Assembly (NCBI GenBank): GCA_963776345.1
Contig: CAVZMH010000001.1
Span: 160,001 to 224,000 of the forward strand
Origin: an uncultured delta proteobacterium
GTDB taxonomy: Bacteria; Myxococcota; Myxococcia; Myxococcales; Myxococcaceae
Direction of reading: 5' to 3'
DNA length: 64,000 nucleotides
This document shows, one piece after another, positions 61,899 through 64,000 of the stretch. The translations under genes and the position numbers were made by a program. The first letter of the stretch is position 1; each line of letters begins with the position of its first letter. The notes beneath the pieces are model-generated. The model saw only the letters and a list, made by a program, of their open reading frames with translations. It ran no database searches and was not told the origin of the DNA.

Positions 61899-63743
61899 TC
61901 AATCACCGATGGTGATGCAGTTGTTGACCTTCAGGGTAGGGTCGAGCGAGTCGCCGATGTTGAAGGCGTAGTCGAGCGGAGCCCGCCCATCCGGCTCGCA
62001 CAGCGACCCCGCACAGGACCAGGGCTCCTCGAGCTGGTGATTGCCTGTTCCATGCATGAAGCTGGTGATGGCATCGATGAAGTACGAGTACGGGAAGCTG
62101 CGGGTCTCGCCCGCGTAGTCCTGGTGGGTGTCGTAGAGATCCCAGAGGTAACGAGTGAAGTTGAAGGGCCACCGCGGGCGAGTGTCGGCACAGGGACTCT
62201 GAGGAAGCTCCTCGTCCTGCCGCGTGTCCGAGTTGGAGCACGGAGCGGCAGCCGTCCAGCAGGAGCGCGGCCGCGTCATGCTTCGTCCGTTGACCGCGAG
62301 GTCACCGAGGAAAGTGGCGTACCCCTCGGTCATCTGCGCCATCCCGTGCTCGGGACCCTCGTAGGTCCAGACGCAATGGGGATAGCCGATCTCATTAAAG
62401 CAGTACTGCTCGTTGCCCCCGAAGTCGAAGCTCCGGTCGAACACGGCCTTGACCGTCGCAACGTGACCCATCTCGTGCATGATCCGCGCCTGAGGAGCGA
62501 ATGCGGCACCCGGGTCGAGGCGGATGAGTCCCTCCGGATAAGCACACGAAGTCGGGCACACGTTCTGCTGGTCGAAGGCCTGGATGCGGACGCCGCTGAA
62601 ATAGGCCTGCATCCGGGAGGACTGCTCGAGCGAATCTTCCATCCGGAAGGCAGCGTCGTAGACGTTGGCGTACGGATTCGCGTTCGCGCCGCTGCTGCCC
62701 CACTGGAAGCTCCCGAGCTGCTGGGGATTCGCGGTGGTGGTGTTCGGGTACAGCATGAAGGCTGAGGTCGAGAGCTCGATCCGGTTCAGATTCGAATCGA
62801 GGACCACGAAACGGGACTGGTCTTGCTCCATCCACCAGTACAGCCGTGCCTGGATCGAGGTGACGTCGGTCGTGGTGTTCCAGGTGATGTAAAGCGAGCC
62901 GTCCGCGGCCGTGTTTCCCTGAGCAAGCACCGCACCGTTGGAGGTGGCCCGGATCTGGTACTTGACTCGCCGCACCGGGAGCACGGCCCTGAACTGGCTC
63001 TCCGGATAGAGTGAGCCCACACAGTCCTGCAGCACCTCGGGGTGGCAGTAGTTCCCGTTGTTGTTGAAGAAGACGAGCTTCCCTCTCACCACGCCGGTGC
63101 GCCCGGGCGTTGGCGGTGGCGGAGGTGGCTCCGGGTCCGGACCTGGACAGCCAGTCACCGGGCAGAGATTCGGAATGGGCCCCGGTGCGAGGAGGCCGGT
63201 GCTGCCAGCTCCGGAGGAGGCGGTCTGCGTGCCGCGTGCGCCCGGAGCATCCCGGTAGTACTCCTCCGCGCCGATGATGCCCGGGGTCCCCTGCGTCACC
63301 TTGAGATGCAGATCGGCGGTCGCGGTCGACTGACGGTCGCCGTCGACTGCGGCCGAGGTGAGCCGGACGAGGTAGTAGCCGTCCGGAAGGTCGCCGCCGA
63401 GATCGAATGCGTGCGTTGCTGATTGGTCGCGGCCGGCGCTCCGAAGAACGGCGGAGCGACTCCGGTGGACGATCTTGCCGGCGTCGTCCGTCGCCTCCAC
63501 TGCGTGGACGAGCGATGCGCGCTCCCAGCTGTGACGCGTGGTCGCGCGCAGCCGCAGCGTGGACTTTCCGCGCTGCTTCAGCGCGGCGACGGGCTCGAGT
63601 TCTGCACGGATCTCAGGCTCGATGCCGAGGGTCGGTCCGCGGGATTGGAGCTCGCGACCGCGACCGGTGTCTGCCGGCCCCAGACGTGGACTCACCAGCA
63701 GGGCCGCGGTGAACGCAACGAGACACGCGACGATCGTCTTCAT
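61899..63743 (-). CDS. Secreted zinc metalloprotease (gluzincin-like) with N-terminal domain and Pro-rich linker
   Basis: Signal peptide, PDPEPPPPPPTP linker, IMHEMGH, MTEGYATF, LWDLYD. Confidence 0.82.
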   Translation of the reverse strand: MKTIVACLVAFTAALLVSPRLGPADTGRGRELQSRGPTLGIEPEIRAELEPVAALKQRGKSTLRLRATTRHSWERASLVHAVEATDDAGKIVHRSRSAVLRSAGRDQSATHAFDLGGDLPDGYYLVRLTSAAVDGDRQSTATADLHLKVTQGTPGIIGAEEYYRDAPGARGTQTASSGAGSTGLLAPGPIPNLCPVTGCPGPDPEPPPPPPTPGRTGVVRGKLVFFNNNGNYCHPEVLQDCVGSLYPESQFRAVLPVRRVKYQIRATSNGAVLAQGNTAADGSLYITWNTTTDVTSIQARLYWWMEQDQSRFVVLDSNLNRIELSTSAFMLYPNTTTANPQQLGSFQWGSSGANANPYANVYDAAFRMEDSLEQSSRMQAYFSGVRIQAFDQQNVCPTSCAYPEGLIRLDPGAAFAPQARIMHEMGHVATVKAVFDRSFDFGGNEQYCFNEIGYPHCVWTYEGPEHGMAQMTEGYATFLGDLAVNGRSMTRPRSCWTAAAPCSNSDTRQDEELPQSPCADTRPRWPFNFTRYLWDLYDTHQDYAGETRSFPYSYFIDAITSFMHGTGNHQLEEPWSCAGSLCEPDGRAPLDYAFNIGDSLDPTLKVNNCITIGD

Positions 63744-64000
63744 CGCCCCCCCCGTCCGGTCTCACGACTGCCGGACGGCGGCACCGTACGAGCGGCCTCC
63801 ATTCGGAGTCAACAGGGTTGCATCGTCGTCCGGCGGACTAGATGAGGCGCAGGCACAAGGTTGCCGCGACCGCTGAACCGTCCGAACTTCGAGACGGATC
63901 CGCGACCTTTCCCGGATTGACCACCAAGTTGCATGAGCGTAGGACGCATGCCGCGAGTAAGCGGAGCGGGCGTCACTCGCGAGCGGGTCAGCACCCGCTG

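Noticed and set aside
63752..63778. 8-bp hairpin beside the metalloprotease RBS as a riboswitch
   Set aside because: Short GC-rich stems are expected by chance; no aptamer motif recognised.

Overview
Very GC-rich myxobacterial (Myxococcales-like) chromosomal segment. The assignment rests on a MYXO-CTERM-type protein, Myxococcus-type Ser/Thr kinases and gene order. About 1-44250 is mostly core genome: plsX, pcnB, dinB, rluA, ppgK, uppS-cdsA-rseP-rlpA-tsaB-asd/usg-like, moaD-moaE fusion, acs, rnhB, an M61 peptidase, an RsmB-family gene, moeB, iscA, nadA and a POT transporter. About 44250-64000 is a mosaic accessory region with lower-GC patches, gene relics, a six-Ig-repeat/beta-helix surface lipoprotein and a secreted metalloprotease operon. 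It also holds the two most striking observations: (i) a membrane Ser/Thr kinase whose extracytoplasmic domain resembles the start of a type IV pilin (PilA) head, and (ii) a dispersed ~46-85 bp intergenic element in three copies that looks like a leaderless sigma70 promoter plus GTG start, preceded in two copies by a hairpin; one copy points antisense into the kinase. About a dozen otherwise intact genes carry single-base frameshifts, most simply explained as long-read assembly errors. No tRNA, rRNA, CRISPR array, integrase or transposase was recognised. All family assignments come from reading motifs by eye; no database search was run.
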